Source: Mobula hypostoma
Lineage: Eukaryota
Assembly (NCBI RefSeq): GCF_963921235.1
Contig: NC_086097.1
Span: forward strand, 124,126,001-124,190,000
Reading direction: 5' to 3'
DNA length: 64,000 bases
A program made the position numbers and the translations under genes. Of the stretch, positions 52,801 to 64,000 are shown piece by piece. Under the pieces are notes generated by a model. The model was given only the letters and a program-made list of their open reading frames with translations. It was not told where the DNA came from and searched no databases. Positions within the stretch are counted from its first letter, which is position 1. Each line of letters begins with the position of its first letter.

Positions 52801-55800
52801 ATTCAGAGTGAGAAGCAGCTGGAGAAGCAGTCTATCGATTACTTGTACTGTACCAGGGATCCTTGGTGGGTCCAAACTGGGAGGCCCAAAAACAGAGCTG
52901 GAAATCATATGGAACAAGATGGGGCAAAGACAAATGTCCAAGAAGGGCATGTGGCTGTGGTATCAAGTCTGGGTGAGCACATGGTCGAAGAGTCAGAGAG
53001 CAGCAGATAGCACAGAGGGGGACCAGTTAGAGAGGGTCTCACTAAACTCCCGTCAAAGAGAAGATTTAAGCTTTTTCAGGGTAGCCATACATCAGAGACT
53101 TTCACAGTAGGAGCAGCAAGAGATTCTGCAAATGCTGGAAATCCAGAGATACAGGTGTCTTGAACCACATTGTATCATGGATCTCTAGAGGAGCTTAGAA
53201 AGCAAATTTTAAGGCAAACACCAACAAATGCAAACAAACAATAGTAATGTGGAAGATTCAAATTTTTCAAATTAGTGACGTACAGTGTAAAAAGGTTTAA
53301 AGGGCATAAACACAGTAGATTCTGCAGATGCAGGGAATCCGGAGCAACACACACAAAATGCTGGAGGAATTCAGCAGGTCAGGCAGCCTATTATGGAGAG
53401 GAATAAACAGTTGATGTTTCAGTCCTGATGATGGGTCTTGGTCCAAAACATTGACTCTTTATTCCTCTGCATAGATGTTGCCTGACCTGCTGAGTTCCTT
53501 CTTGATTTCAGGAGAACTTTTCTAGGCTGTGTTAGTGAGTCCAATCAGGTGGATAGGAATGAAGCTGAGCTGGTGGAAGACATATCAATGGCAGAACAAA
53601 TTTGGGGTAGTTGTAGAGTTAGTGTAGTTTATTGAAAAGGACACATTCGGAGGAATGATTGTCATCTGTGTTAAATCAAATTTTACCAGACCAATAACTG
53701 TTTTAGCAAAGATAGATTGTAAGTATAATAAGTAACTACTTGAAGATAAATAAGCAACTATCAATGAGGATTCATGGAGTTCATGGTAAACAAAGGAAAA
53801 GGTCATAAAACCATAAAACGTAAGAGCAGAATTAGGCTATTCAGTCCATCGAGTCTGCTCTGCTATTCCACCTCTCAACCCCATTCTCCTGCCTTCTACC
53901 TGAAACCTTTGACTTCCTTACTGATAAAGAACCTATCAACCTCCACTTTAATTATACCCAACGACATGGCCTCCACAGCCATATCTGACAATAAATTCCA
54001 GATTCACAACTTTTAAGGCTGGTACTCGCAAATTTAGAGTCCCTGGATCGTGAGTTACATAGAGGGTAAAATAAATCAAAACAAAAGGCATGAGCCACAG
54101 AGGAAAACCTGTAATAGAATAGAAGGAATAATAAGATTAGCATCTGTGGAGATGGATAATCAGAAGGTCTGGATAAAATACTGTATACCCCGTTTCCCAA
54201 ATCTATTACAGAAATGTTCTCAGAGGGTCAGAGAAATACTAACACTGTATGGCTGTTTACAAAGTCAGTCAAAAGCTGGGTTACTACTAACCAGTTAGTT
54301 TAGCTAGTAGACAAATTATTAGAATCCATTCCAAAGTACACTACAGAATTCTGTGGCCACTATTACAAAACCCCTGCACTTAACAAAGTAGCACCACCAC
54401 TTTGACGTTCCTTGTCAGACTCACCTTGTGTACTGATAATCAGTACGTTGCGTCACTTTATGCACAATCAGCTTATGTATACAAGCTAATCTTATATATT
54501 TATATTTATTGTGTTCTTTCTGCAGGGGAATCCAGGGCAATAATCTTTACATAAAATCATAGAACAAAGTAGAGTGGCATAGCAGTCAGTGTGATGCTAT
54601 TACAGCTGGGAGTGTTCCAGAGTACAGAGTTCAATTCCAGCGCCATTCTGTCAGGAGTCTGTACGTCCTCCCGGTGGAATGTGTCAGTTTTCCCCAGGTG
54701 CTCCGGTTTCCTTCCATAGTCCAAAGATCAGGTTAATTGGTCATTGTAAATTGTCCCTTGATTAGGTTAGGTTAGTTGGGTTTGTTGGAAGTTACGAGGC
54801 GTGACTTGGGCTGGAAGGGCTTACATTGTGCTGTGTAACTTAAGATAAAGTAAACACTACAGTACAAAAACAAGTCCTCAGCCCATCTAGTCCTTGCCAA
54901 ACTGTTATTCTGCTGAGTGCCATTGACTTGCACCTGGACCACAACCCTCCATACTCCTCCATCTATGTAGTTAACCAAACTCCTCTTAAATGTTAAAATC
55001 AAACCCACTTCTGCTGCAGCTCGTTCCATGCTCTCACCACCCTCTGAGTGAAGAAGTTCTCCTTTCACCCTTAACTCATGACCCGTGATTCTAATCTCAC
55101 CCAATCTCCGTCAGAAAAGCCTGCTTGCATTTACCCTATTTATACCCCTCATAATTTTGTATGCTTCTATCAAATCTCTCCTCATTCTCCTACACTCCAG
55201 GGAATAATGTCCTAATATATTCAATTGTTCCCTATAACTCAGGATCTCAACATCCTTGTAAATTTTCTCTGTACTCTTCCAGTCTTATTGATATTATTCC
55301 TGCCGAAAAGGGACCAGAACTGCACACAATACTCTAAATTAGGCCTCACCAACATCTTATACAACTTCAATATACTATCCCAACTCCTGTACTCAGTATT
55401 TTGATTTATGAAGGCCACTGTGCCTTCAAAATCACACCTGCTTCACCCCAGTCAATGCAATGTTTTCTTTGCACATGAAATAGCAGATCCAAATGGTCCA
55501 ATTTGACCCAAGAAAATCATTCTTGAAAGATTAATAAATTGGATGATCAATTGAATTAGTCCATTTGTTTTGAAGATAGTGAGTCTAATATTAGAGGATC
55601 AGGAACATCATACATCATCATAACAAGATGAACTTGTACACAAAACTGAATATGATTTTACAAAACATTCAAATATTTTAAAGCAAAATTACAGTATATG
55701 CTTTATAAAATTCACTTATAAAATTAGATTGCAATGGCTAGATAGTGCTAACAGCTTGTTTTTAAATTGCTCATGTAATTTATGGCTGATCTTAATTTTA

Positions 55801-55816
55801 TATGATTTTTGTGCAG

Positions 55817-55945
55817 ATTGCATCAGCGATTGCTGGTAAAGAAAGAGATCAAGTAGAAGAACTCTTTAGCAGTTTGCTACAGTTGAAGAGCACCGAGTTT
55901 ACCTCTGAAGATGTACGAAATCTAGCAAGAAACTATGATATATAG
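55817..55945 (+). CDS. SPAG1: SPAG1 terminal coding exon
   Basis: tttttgtgcag acceptor, phase 0. Encodes IASAIAGKERDQVEELFSSLLQLKSTEFTSEDVRNLARNYDI-stop, matching the RPAP3_C end pattern (LF..L......F..ED...L...Y). Followed by AT-rich, repeat-free 3'UTR-like sequence. Confidence 0.88.
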   Translation: MASAIAGKERDQVEELFSSLLQLKSTEFTSEDVRNLARNYDI

Positions 55946-56395
55946 TACTTTTTTTTAGGAGTCACAATATTAATATATTAAAATGCAACTCAGGTGGCTA
56001 GAAACTATGGAACTCTTATCACTTGCAGCCTCGTCACTTTTATTGTGTTAATTCTTTGTTGAACCAAAAGAAATGACATAAATGTCTTTCAGTGAAGCAC
56101 CTCACTGTACCCCATTCAAGTAGGTTTCATTCATCCACAGGAATGAGCTGATTATTTACTTGAGGAACATAGCCATTTTCAAAGTTGTGGCCTCATTTCT
56201 CCAATGAACTAGTACAATGTATCTATTCCTCCTGTTGAACAGTTTCAGATCCCCATTGATAAAACAAGAACAAAGAACAATTACTTTGTTTTTATCAACT
56301 CTGTTCTACCTTTCAGGGTTTTAGGTTTTCACAAAGCCCAAGTTTCAGAATAGTTTTATTAAAAGAGATTTTTCCTTTGCTTAGTCCTTTATTAG

Positions 56396-56655
56396 AATAA
56401 ATGGTTTGTGCTTGTGGAATGCTTGGTGAAGGCTACTAATTTATTCATACTCATTGGAATTAAGCATATTTGCTACCGATAAAACCTTGAATACTAAATA
56501 TAGAATGCAGTAAATCTGTAGTTATGTACAACTTTAGTACAAGATATTGCCAGTCTGTGATAAAACCTCCTGCACTATGATGCACTCTCTCAGTTAAGAT
56601 CAAAGACCTGTAAAAAATATTTCAGCCTGTTATGTTATTGCACTGTAGGAATAAA
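56396..56655 (+). promoter_or_regulatory. Candidate SPAG1 polyadenylation signals
   Basis: AATAAA at 56396-56401 (followed by GT-rich tggtttgtgcttgtg) and at 56650-56655, about 450-700 nt after the stop codon. Which one is used cannot be determined from sequence. Confidence 0.5.
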
Positions 56656-59600
56656 CCATACTTGTATTGATCACTCTTCTTGCCAAAAAATTTTTCTCAA
56701 CAACTTTGCAAGATATTTGCAGAGCCTTGGCTAAAGATCTTATACAATGATGCTGACTTGTGTAGTCTCTTCATTTCTTAACATTAGATTTGATTTCAGT
56801 TTCATTATTACTGTCTTCTAAGCATTTATCTGTGGGAGTGTATTCTGTCATCTTCACTAGTCCTTAGAGCTGTACAAAACCCTTCATAATGAATGTGAAG
56901 TGAAAGAACATTTGGTTTGGGTGTTAGACCCTAAGACATATGTGCAGAATTAGATCGTTGGGCTCATCCAGTCTGTCCTGCTATTAAATCATGGCTGATT
57001 AATTATCCCTCTCAATCACATTCTTCTGCCCTCTCCCCATAACCTCCGACTTCCTTACTAATCAAGAACCTATCAATCTCTACGTTAAGTATACCCAATG
57101 ACTTGGCCTTCACAGATTCACCACCCTCTGGCTAAAGGCGGCCCTCCTCATCTCTGTTCTAAAGAGATGTTCCTCTATTCTGAGACTCTGTCTCTGGTCC
57201 TTGACTCCTCCACTACAGAAAACAACCTCTCCACATTCACTCTATATAGACCTTTCACTATTCGACAGGTTTCAGTGAGATTACCCCTCCCTCAATCCTC
57301 CTAAACTCAAGCACATACAGGCCTAGAGCCATCACACACGCCTTATACGTTAACCCTTCCATTCTCAGAATCATTCTGATGAACCTCCTCGGACCCTCTC
57401 CATTTTCAGCACATTCTTGCTTGGATAGGGGCCCAAAGCTGCCCACAACACTCTAAGTAAATGTTAATCAAAAGTTTAGTTATTTCCCAGTATTACAAGT
57501 GGTACAATTATTACAACATGCATCTTAAAGGCTAACACTACCATCAGGAAGCAACCGTAATTTACAAGCACAGTTAAGCCGTCCTGCTGATATACATGAA
57601 CCATGGCCCAAAAGCATTCAGAAGGTGAAGACATGTTTCCTTCCATCCAAGGTGAGTAGTTAGAAAAGAATGCAGCCAAATTAGTTATACAATTAAATAG
57701 TTCTGGGTAACTTTAGATAGATAAAAGTAACATTGCCTTATGGGAACAGAACAGAGTCAAAGTGATAGAGTACACTGCAAGTCTTTTAATGACGTAATAA
57801 ATTGGCTTCAAAGTTTAGTCATCCATTTCCCATTGTAAAATATTTTGTCAGCTTACTAATTGGAAAGCTACCCTGATGATGGAAAAATAAAGTGCATACA
57901 TTTCAAAAAGTGTAGAATTGGATTTTGGAAATCCATTTTAAAAGGTTAATGTGAAATTTTCAGAATTTGAGCAAATGTTGCCAATTGCAGATACGCTCTC
58001 GTGTCTTGTATTTTCAGAATCAAGTTTATTATCACTGCCTTATGTGACACAAAAGTTATCGTTTTGCAGTAGCAGACCATGCCAAGATAAAATTACTATT
58101 ATCTTTTATACACAGCACTCCCATCAGTGAATGAGACTGAATCTTCTGTAGTCATGTGAACAGCAGAGACACAGCTGATCATCTGTACTGGGAACTATCC
58201 CATTTTATAGATGGCCATGGCTCTCCCTCTATATTGAGCAAAAATGGGAACGAAGCCTTAGCTATCCAATTACATGATTCTTCATACAATAGTTAATTCT
58301 CTAACTTTTCGCTATAATCAGAAGCTTTCATACTCTTTGTTAACAGTGACTAGAATCACTGCTTTTTGGATTTCCGGTTTACCACCTAACATGAAGTCTA
58401 CAACTGCGCCTGGAATAATGTCCAAGTTAATTCTCTCCCTCACTGATGCATTATAACGTCTTCATTTCATCCCACACTAATATTTCCAAGTGGCTGCTTT
58501 TGAAAATATTTTCTCTTTGGTGTCTTTACTGATCTCCCTCACAGAACCATAGAAAAGTACAGCACAGAAACAGGCTGTTCAGCCCATCTCATTTGTTTAA
58601 ACTGTCGAGCTATTTTAACTGTCTATTCCAATTGACCTGCACCAGATCTGTACCCCTACCATCCACATACCTACCCAAACTTGCCCGAAATGTTGTATTC
58701 AAGCTCGCATGCACCACTTGCACTGGCAACTAGTTCCACACTCTCATGACCCTCTGAGTAAATAAGTTTCATGTTCCTCTTAAACTTTTCACCTTTCACC
58801 CTTAACCCATGATCTCTAGTTGTAGTCCCACCCAAACTCTGAAAAAAGCCTGCTTGCATTTACCCTATCTATGCAACTCAATGTTGTATACCTCTTTCAA
58901 ATCTCCTACATTCCAAGGAATAGAGTGCTAACCTATTCAATCCTTCAACATAACTCAGGCCCTCCAAACTCAGCAACAACCTTGTCAATTTTCAACCTTA
59001 CTTACATCTTTCCTTTAGGTAGGTGACCAAAACTGCACACCATACTCCACATTAGGCCACACCAACGTCTCTACAGCTTCAAGATCCATTCTCCTGTACT
59101 TAATACTTTGATTTACGAAAGCCAATGTGTCAAAAGCTTTCTTAACAACCCTATCTACCGGTGATGCCACTTTCAGTGAATTATGGACCTGTATTCCCAG
59201 ATCTTTGTTCTACGGCACCCCTCCATCCCCTATCATTTACTGTGCAAGACCTACCCCTGATTGGTCCTACCGAAGTCTAACATCTGACGCTTCTCTGCAT
59301 TAAATTCCATCTGCCATTTCTCAGTCCATTTTTCCAGCTGGTCCAGATCTCGCCGCAAGCCATGATAGTCTTCCTCGCTGTCTACTACACCTCCAATCTT
59401 TGTGGTATCCACAAATTAGCTGATCCAGTTAACCATGTTATCCAGATCATTGATATAGATGACAATCAACAACCCAGCACCAATCATGGGCCTCCAGTCA
59501 GAGAGGCAACCATCTACTACCCCTCTCTGGCTTCACCTATAAAGCCAGTGTCTAATCCAATTTACTACCTCATCTTGAATGCTGGGCGACTGAAACTTAT

Positions 59601-60519
59601 TTGACCTTCCATGCGGACCTTGTCAAATACCTTGCTAAAGTTCATGCAGACAACATCCACTTGCCTTCATCAACTTTCCTGATAACTTCCTTGGGAAAAA
59701 GTCGATAAAGATTGGTTAAACATGACCTACCATCCAGGAAGCCATGCTAACTATCCCCAATCAATCTATGTCTATCCAAGTACTTATATATGCAGTCCCT
59801 GAGAATACCTTCCAATCTTCCCCACTACTGATCTCAGGCTCACTGACCTATACTTTCTTGGTTTATGTTTAGAACTTTTCTTAAACAGCAGAACAACATT
59901 GGCTATCCTCCATTCGTCTGGCACCTCACCAGTTGCTAAGAATGATTTAAATGTCTCTCTAGGCCTCCGGTAATTTATCCTCTTGCCTTCCACGCGGCTT
60001 GAGGGAACATCTCGTCAGACCCAGGGTATTTATCAACCCTAATTTGTCTCAAGACAGCAAACACCTCCTCCGTAATCTCTATAGAGTTCATGAAGCTGAT
60101 GCTGTTTTGCCTTACTTCTATAGACTCTGTCTCCTGAGTAAATACAGATGCAAAAAAAAAATGCATTTAAGATTTCCCCCATCTCTTTTGGCTCCACACG
60201 TGAATTACCATCTTGATCTTCCAGAGGACCAATTTTGTCCCTTGCAATCCTTTTGCTCTTAACATATCTGTAGCATCCCTTAGGATTCTCTTTCACCTTG
60301 TTTATGGGTAACATCATGCCTTCTTTTAGCCCTCCTGATTTCTTAAGTGTTCATTTGCATTTCTTATACTCCACAAACACCTCATTTGTTCCTACCTGCA
60401 ATGCACCTCTTTCTCCCCCCCCCCCCCCCCCCACCAACCAGGGCCTCAATATCTCTTGAAAATCAAGGTTCCCTACATCTGTTATATTTACCTTTTATTC
60501 TGACAGGCACATACAAGCT

Positions 60520-61660
60520 TCAAGACCATACGACATAGGAGGAGATTTAGACCATTTGGCCCATCAGGTCTGCTCCACCATTTAATCATGGCTGATACTT
60601 TTTTCTTTCCTCAGCCTCACTCCCCAGCCTTCTTCCCGTAACCTTTGATGCCAAGTCCAATCAAGAACCTATCAAACTCTGCCTAAAATACACCCAACAA
60701 TCTGGTCTCCATAGTTGCCTGGGGTAATAAATTCCCCAAATTCACCACCCTCTGGCTAAAGAAATTTCCTGCAACTCTGTTTTAAATGGACGCCCCTCTA
60801 TCCTGAGGCTGTGCCCTCCTGTCCTAGACTCCCCCACCATGGGAAACATACTTTTCACATCCACTCTATCTAGGCCTTTCAACTTTTAACAGGTTTCAAT
60901 AAGATCACCCCCCCCCTTCTAAATTCCAGCAAGTACAGGCCCAGGTATTTCTTATATGCTAACCCTTTCCTTCCCAGAATCATCCTTGCGAACCTCCTCT
61001 GAACCCTCTCCAATGCCAGCACATCTTTTCTTAAATGGAACCCAGATCTGTTCACAATACTCGAGGTGAGGCCTCACCAGTGCTTTATAAAGCCTCAGCA
61101 TCACATCCCAGCTCTTGTATTCTAGACCTCTTGAAATGAATGCTAACATTGCATTTGCCATCCTCACAACCGACTCTACCAGCAAGCTAACCTTTAGGGT
61201 GTTCTGCACAAGGACTCCCAGGTCCCCTTCGAATAACAGATTTCTGGATTTTCTCCCCATTTAGAAGATAGTGCGCACATTTATTTATTCTACCAAAGTG
61301 TATGACCATGCATTTTCCAACATAGTATTTTATTTGCCACTTTCTTGCCCATTCTCCTCATCTGTCTTGTCCTTCTGCAGCCTGTTTCCTCAATACCACC
61401 TGCCCCTCCAACAATTTTATCATCTGCAAACTTGACAACAAAGCCATCTAATTCACCATCTAAAACACTGATACACAGCATAAAAAGCAGCCCCAACACC
61501 AACCGCTATGGAACACCACTAGTCACTGGCAGCCAACTAGAAAAGGATCCTTTTATTCCCACTGGCTGCCTCCTACCAATAAGCCAATGATCTAACTATG
61601 CCAGTAACTTTCCTGTAATACCACGGGCTCTTAACTTGGTAGGAAGCCTCACGTGTGGAC
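60520..61660 (-). mobile_element. 5'-truncated CR1 nested inside the older CR1
   Basis: Has its own tail (aagaccatacgacata) and decayed RT (KFADDK, VRPHLEYC). Similar to the 33757-35635 copy. Confidence 0.88.
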
Positions 61661-61809
61661 TCCTTGTATTTTCAGAATTTCACCTTTGAAGTCCTCCACT
61701 TATCAAGTACACTTTTGCCAGAAAGCAGCCATACTTGCCAAATCCTTTCTGGTACCATCAAAATTGGCCTTTCTCCGATTTAGAATCTCAAACCGCTGAC
61801 AAGACCTGT

Positions 61810-62003
61810 AAACACAAAATACTCTGCAGATGCTGGGGTCAAAGCAACGCTCACGACACGCTGGAGGAACTCAGCAGGTCGCGCAGCATCTGTGGGAACA
61901 GTCAACGTTTCCGGACGAAGGGTTCCAGCCCGAAACATTGACCGACCGTTTCCACGGGTGCTGCCCAACCTGCTGAGTTCCTCCAGCGTGTTGTGAGTGT
62001 TGT
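61810..62003. mobile_element. Palindromic Penelope terminal-repeat unit
   Basis: Perfect 15-bp TSD gctgacaagacctgt (61795-61809, 62004-62018). Two inverted arms (cacgctggaggaactcagcagg / cctgctgagttcctccagcgtg) surround a hammerhead-like core. Confidence 0.85.
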
Positions 62004-62472
62004 GCTGACAAGACCTGTCCTTGTTTGCATCTAGTAATCACAATGCTATTAGTTTCAAAATGTTCACCCACATAAACTGTCACCTGCACTGTCTCATCCC
62101 CGATATCAGATCAAGTATCGCACTCTCCCCCTTGGTGGAACTTCTACATACTGATTAAGGAAACTTTCCTGAACAAACTCTATCCCATCTAGTCTTTTTA
62201 CAGCATGTGGAAAGTTAAAATCACCCACCATAAGAACCTTGTGTGTTTCTTTCAACAGTCTGTAAACTCTCTACAAATTTATTCTTCAAAATCCCTCAGA
62301 CTGTTGGGTGGTCTGTAATATAGCCCCATTAACGTAGTCATACCCTTCTTATTTCTCAGTTCCACCCATAATGCCTCACTAGACAACTCCTCCAGTCTGT
62401 CCTGACTGAGCATTACCTTGATATTTTCCCTAACTAGTAACCCCAACCCTCCTCCTTTAGTCCCTCCTGTTT

Positions 62473-64000
62473 CATAGAAACATAGAAACATAGAAAATAG
62501 GTGCAGGAGTAGGCCATTCGGCCCTTCGAGCCTGCACCGCCATTTATTATGATCATGGCTGATCATCCAACTCAGAACCCAGCCTTCCCTCCATACCCCC
62601 TGACCCCTGTAGCCACAAGGGCCATATCTAACTTCCTTTTAAACATAGCTAATGAACTGGCCTCAACAGTTTGCTGTGGCAGAGAATTCCACAGATTCAC
62701 CACTCTCTGTGTGAAGAAGTTTTTCCTAACCTCGGTCCTAAAAGGCTTCCCCTCTATCCTCAAACTGTGACCCCTCGTTCTAGACCTCCCCAACATCGGG
62801 AACAATCTTCCTGCATCTAGCCTGTCCAATCCCTTTAGGATCTTATACGTTTCAATCAGATCCCCCCTCAATCTTCTAAATTCCAACGAGTACAAGCCCA
62901 GTTCATCCAGTCTTTCTTCATATGAAAGACCTGCCATCCCAGGAATCAATCTGGTGAACCTTCTTTGTACTCCCTCTATGGCAAAGATGTCTTTCCTCAG
63001 ATTAGGGGACCAAAACTGCACACAATACTCCAGGTGTGGTCTCACCAAGGCCTTGTACAACTGCAGTAGTACCTCCCTGCTCCTGTACTCGAATCCTCTC
63101 GCTATAAATGCCAGCATACCGTTCGCCTTTTTCACCGCCTGCTGTACCTGCATGCCCACTTTCAATGACTGGTGTATAATGACACCCAGGTCTCGTTGCA
63201 CCTCCCCTTTTCCTAATCGGCCACCATTCAGATAATAATCTGTTTTCCTATTTTTGCCACCAAAGTGGATAACTTCACATTTATCCACATTAAATTGCAT
63301 CTGCCATGAGTTTGCCCACTCACCCAACCTATCCAAGTCACCCTGCATCCTCTTAGCATCCTCCTCACTGCTAACACTGCCACCCAGCTTCGTGTCATCC
63401 GCAAACTTGGAGATGCTGCATTTAATTCCCTCATCCAAGTCATTAATATATATTGTAAACAACTGGGGTCCCAGCACTGAGCCTTGCGGTACCCCACTAG
63501 TCACCGCCTGCCATTCTGAAAAGGTCCCGTTTATTCCCACTCTTTGCTTCCTGTCTGCTAACCAATTCTCCACCCACACCAATACCTTACCCCCAATACC
63601 GTGTGCTTTAAGTTTGCACACTAATCTCCTATGTGGGACCTTGTCAAAAGCCTTTTGAAAATCCAAATATACCACATCCACTGGTTCTCCCCTATCCACT
63701 CTACTAGTTACATCCTCAAAAAATTCTATGAGATTCGTCAGACATGATTTTCCTTTCACAAATCCATGCTGACTTTGTCCGATCATTTCACCGCTTTCCA
63801 AATGTGCTGTTATCACATCCTTGATAACTGACTCCAGCAGTTTCCCCACCACCGACGTTAGGCTAACCGGCCTATAATTCCCCGGTTTCTCTCTCCCTCC
63901 TTTTTTAAAAAGTGGGGTTACATTAGCCACCCTCCAATCCTCAGGAACTAGTCCAGAATCTAACGAGTTTTGAAAAATTATCACTAATGCATCCACTATT
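62473..64000 (-). mobile_element. Young CR1 LINE with intact RT ORF (runs off the window)
   Basis: Uninterrupted 474-aa ORF 62572-63996 with NYRPVSLTS, LDFQKAFD, SGVPQGSVLGP and KFADDTK. Perfect (CATAGAAA)3 tail at 62473-62496; CpGs retained. Confidence 0.97.

Larger units (their letters stand above)
58542..62472 (-). mobile_element. Old CR1 LINE (APE-RT) split by later insertions
   Basis: Segments 58542-60519, 61661-61809 and 62019-62472 are colinear with ORF2 of the 21.8-26 kb element (e.g. LSSEALWVELRNKKGMTTLMGLYYRPPNS). Confidence 0.88.

Noticed and set aside
26882..54845. tRNA genes
   Set aside because: The A/B-box-like sequences are decayed SINE heads fused to V-domains; no complete cloverleaf is seen.
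57476..57679. Possible exon of a neighbouring gene (minus ORF, or plus-strand AAG|gtgagt donor near 57651)
   Set aside because: No recognisable protein similarity or paired splice sites. The usual neighbour RNF19A is not detectable in the window.
62473..62496. CATAGAAA and CATAAGAC direct repeats as regulatory or CRISPR-like arrays
   Set aside because: They are the standard microsatellite-like 3' tails of CR1 elements, without spacers.
386..63658. Most short ORFs in the supplied six-frame track
   Set aside because: They are antisense or off-frame readings of CR1, SINE and Penelope repeats or chance ORFs, with no splice context or recognisable host protein.

Overview
This is eukaryotic, repeat-dense vertebrate DNA. 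The V-SINE/CR1/Penelope repeat mix points to a cartilaginous fish (inference). The only host gene is the 3' part of SPAG1 (TPR co-chaperone with a C-terminal RPAP3_C-type domain) on the + strand. Seven GT-AG exons with matching phases lie between 1539 and the TAG at 55943-55945, and earlier exons are outside the window. Everything else recognisable is mobile DNA: many CR1 LINE fragments (one near full length at 21.8-26.0 kb, one with an intact RT ORF at 62.5-64 kb on top of a nested stack), Rex1/Babar and RTE fragments, V-SINEs and other tRNA- or RTE-derived SINEs, Tc1 deletion derivatives, and Penelope-like elements. The most notable items are (i) a decayed endogenous retrovirus in the first intron whose env looks like an F-protein-type fusion glycoprotein rather than a gamma-type Env, (ii) about a dozen CpG-decayed minimal hammerhead-ribozyme motifs in Penelope terminal repeats, including a 194-bp palindromic unit with a perfect 15-bp TSD, and (iii) a Tc1 terminal hairpin whose loop is inverted between two copies. 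I found no prokaryotic-type system and cannot claim a wholly new one. All family assignments come from motifs recognised by eye, not from database searches.
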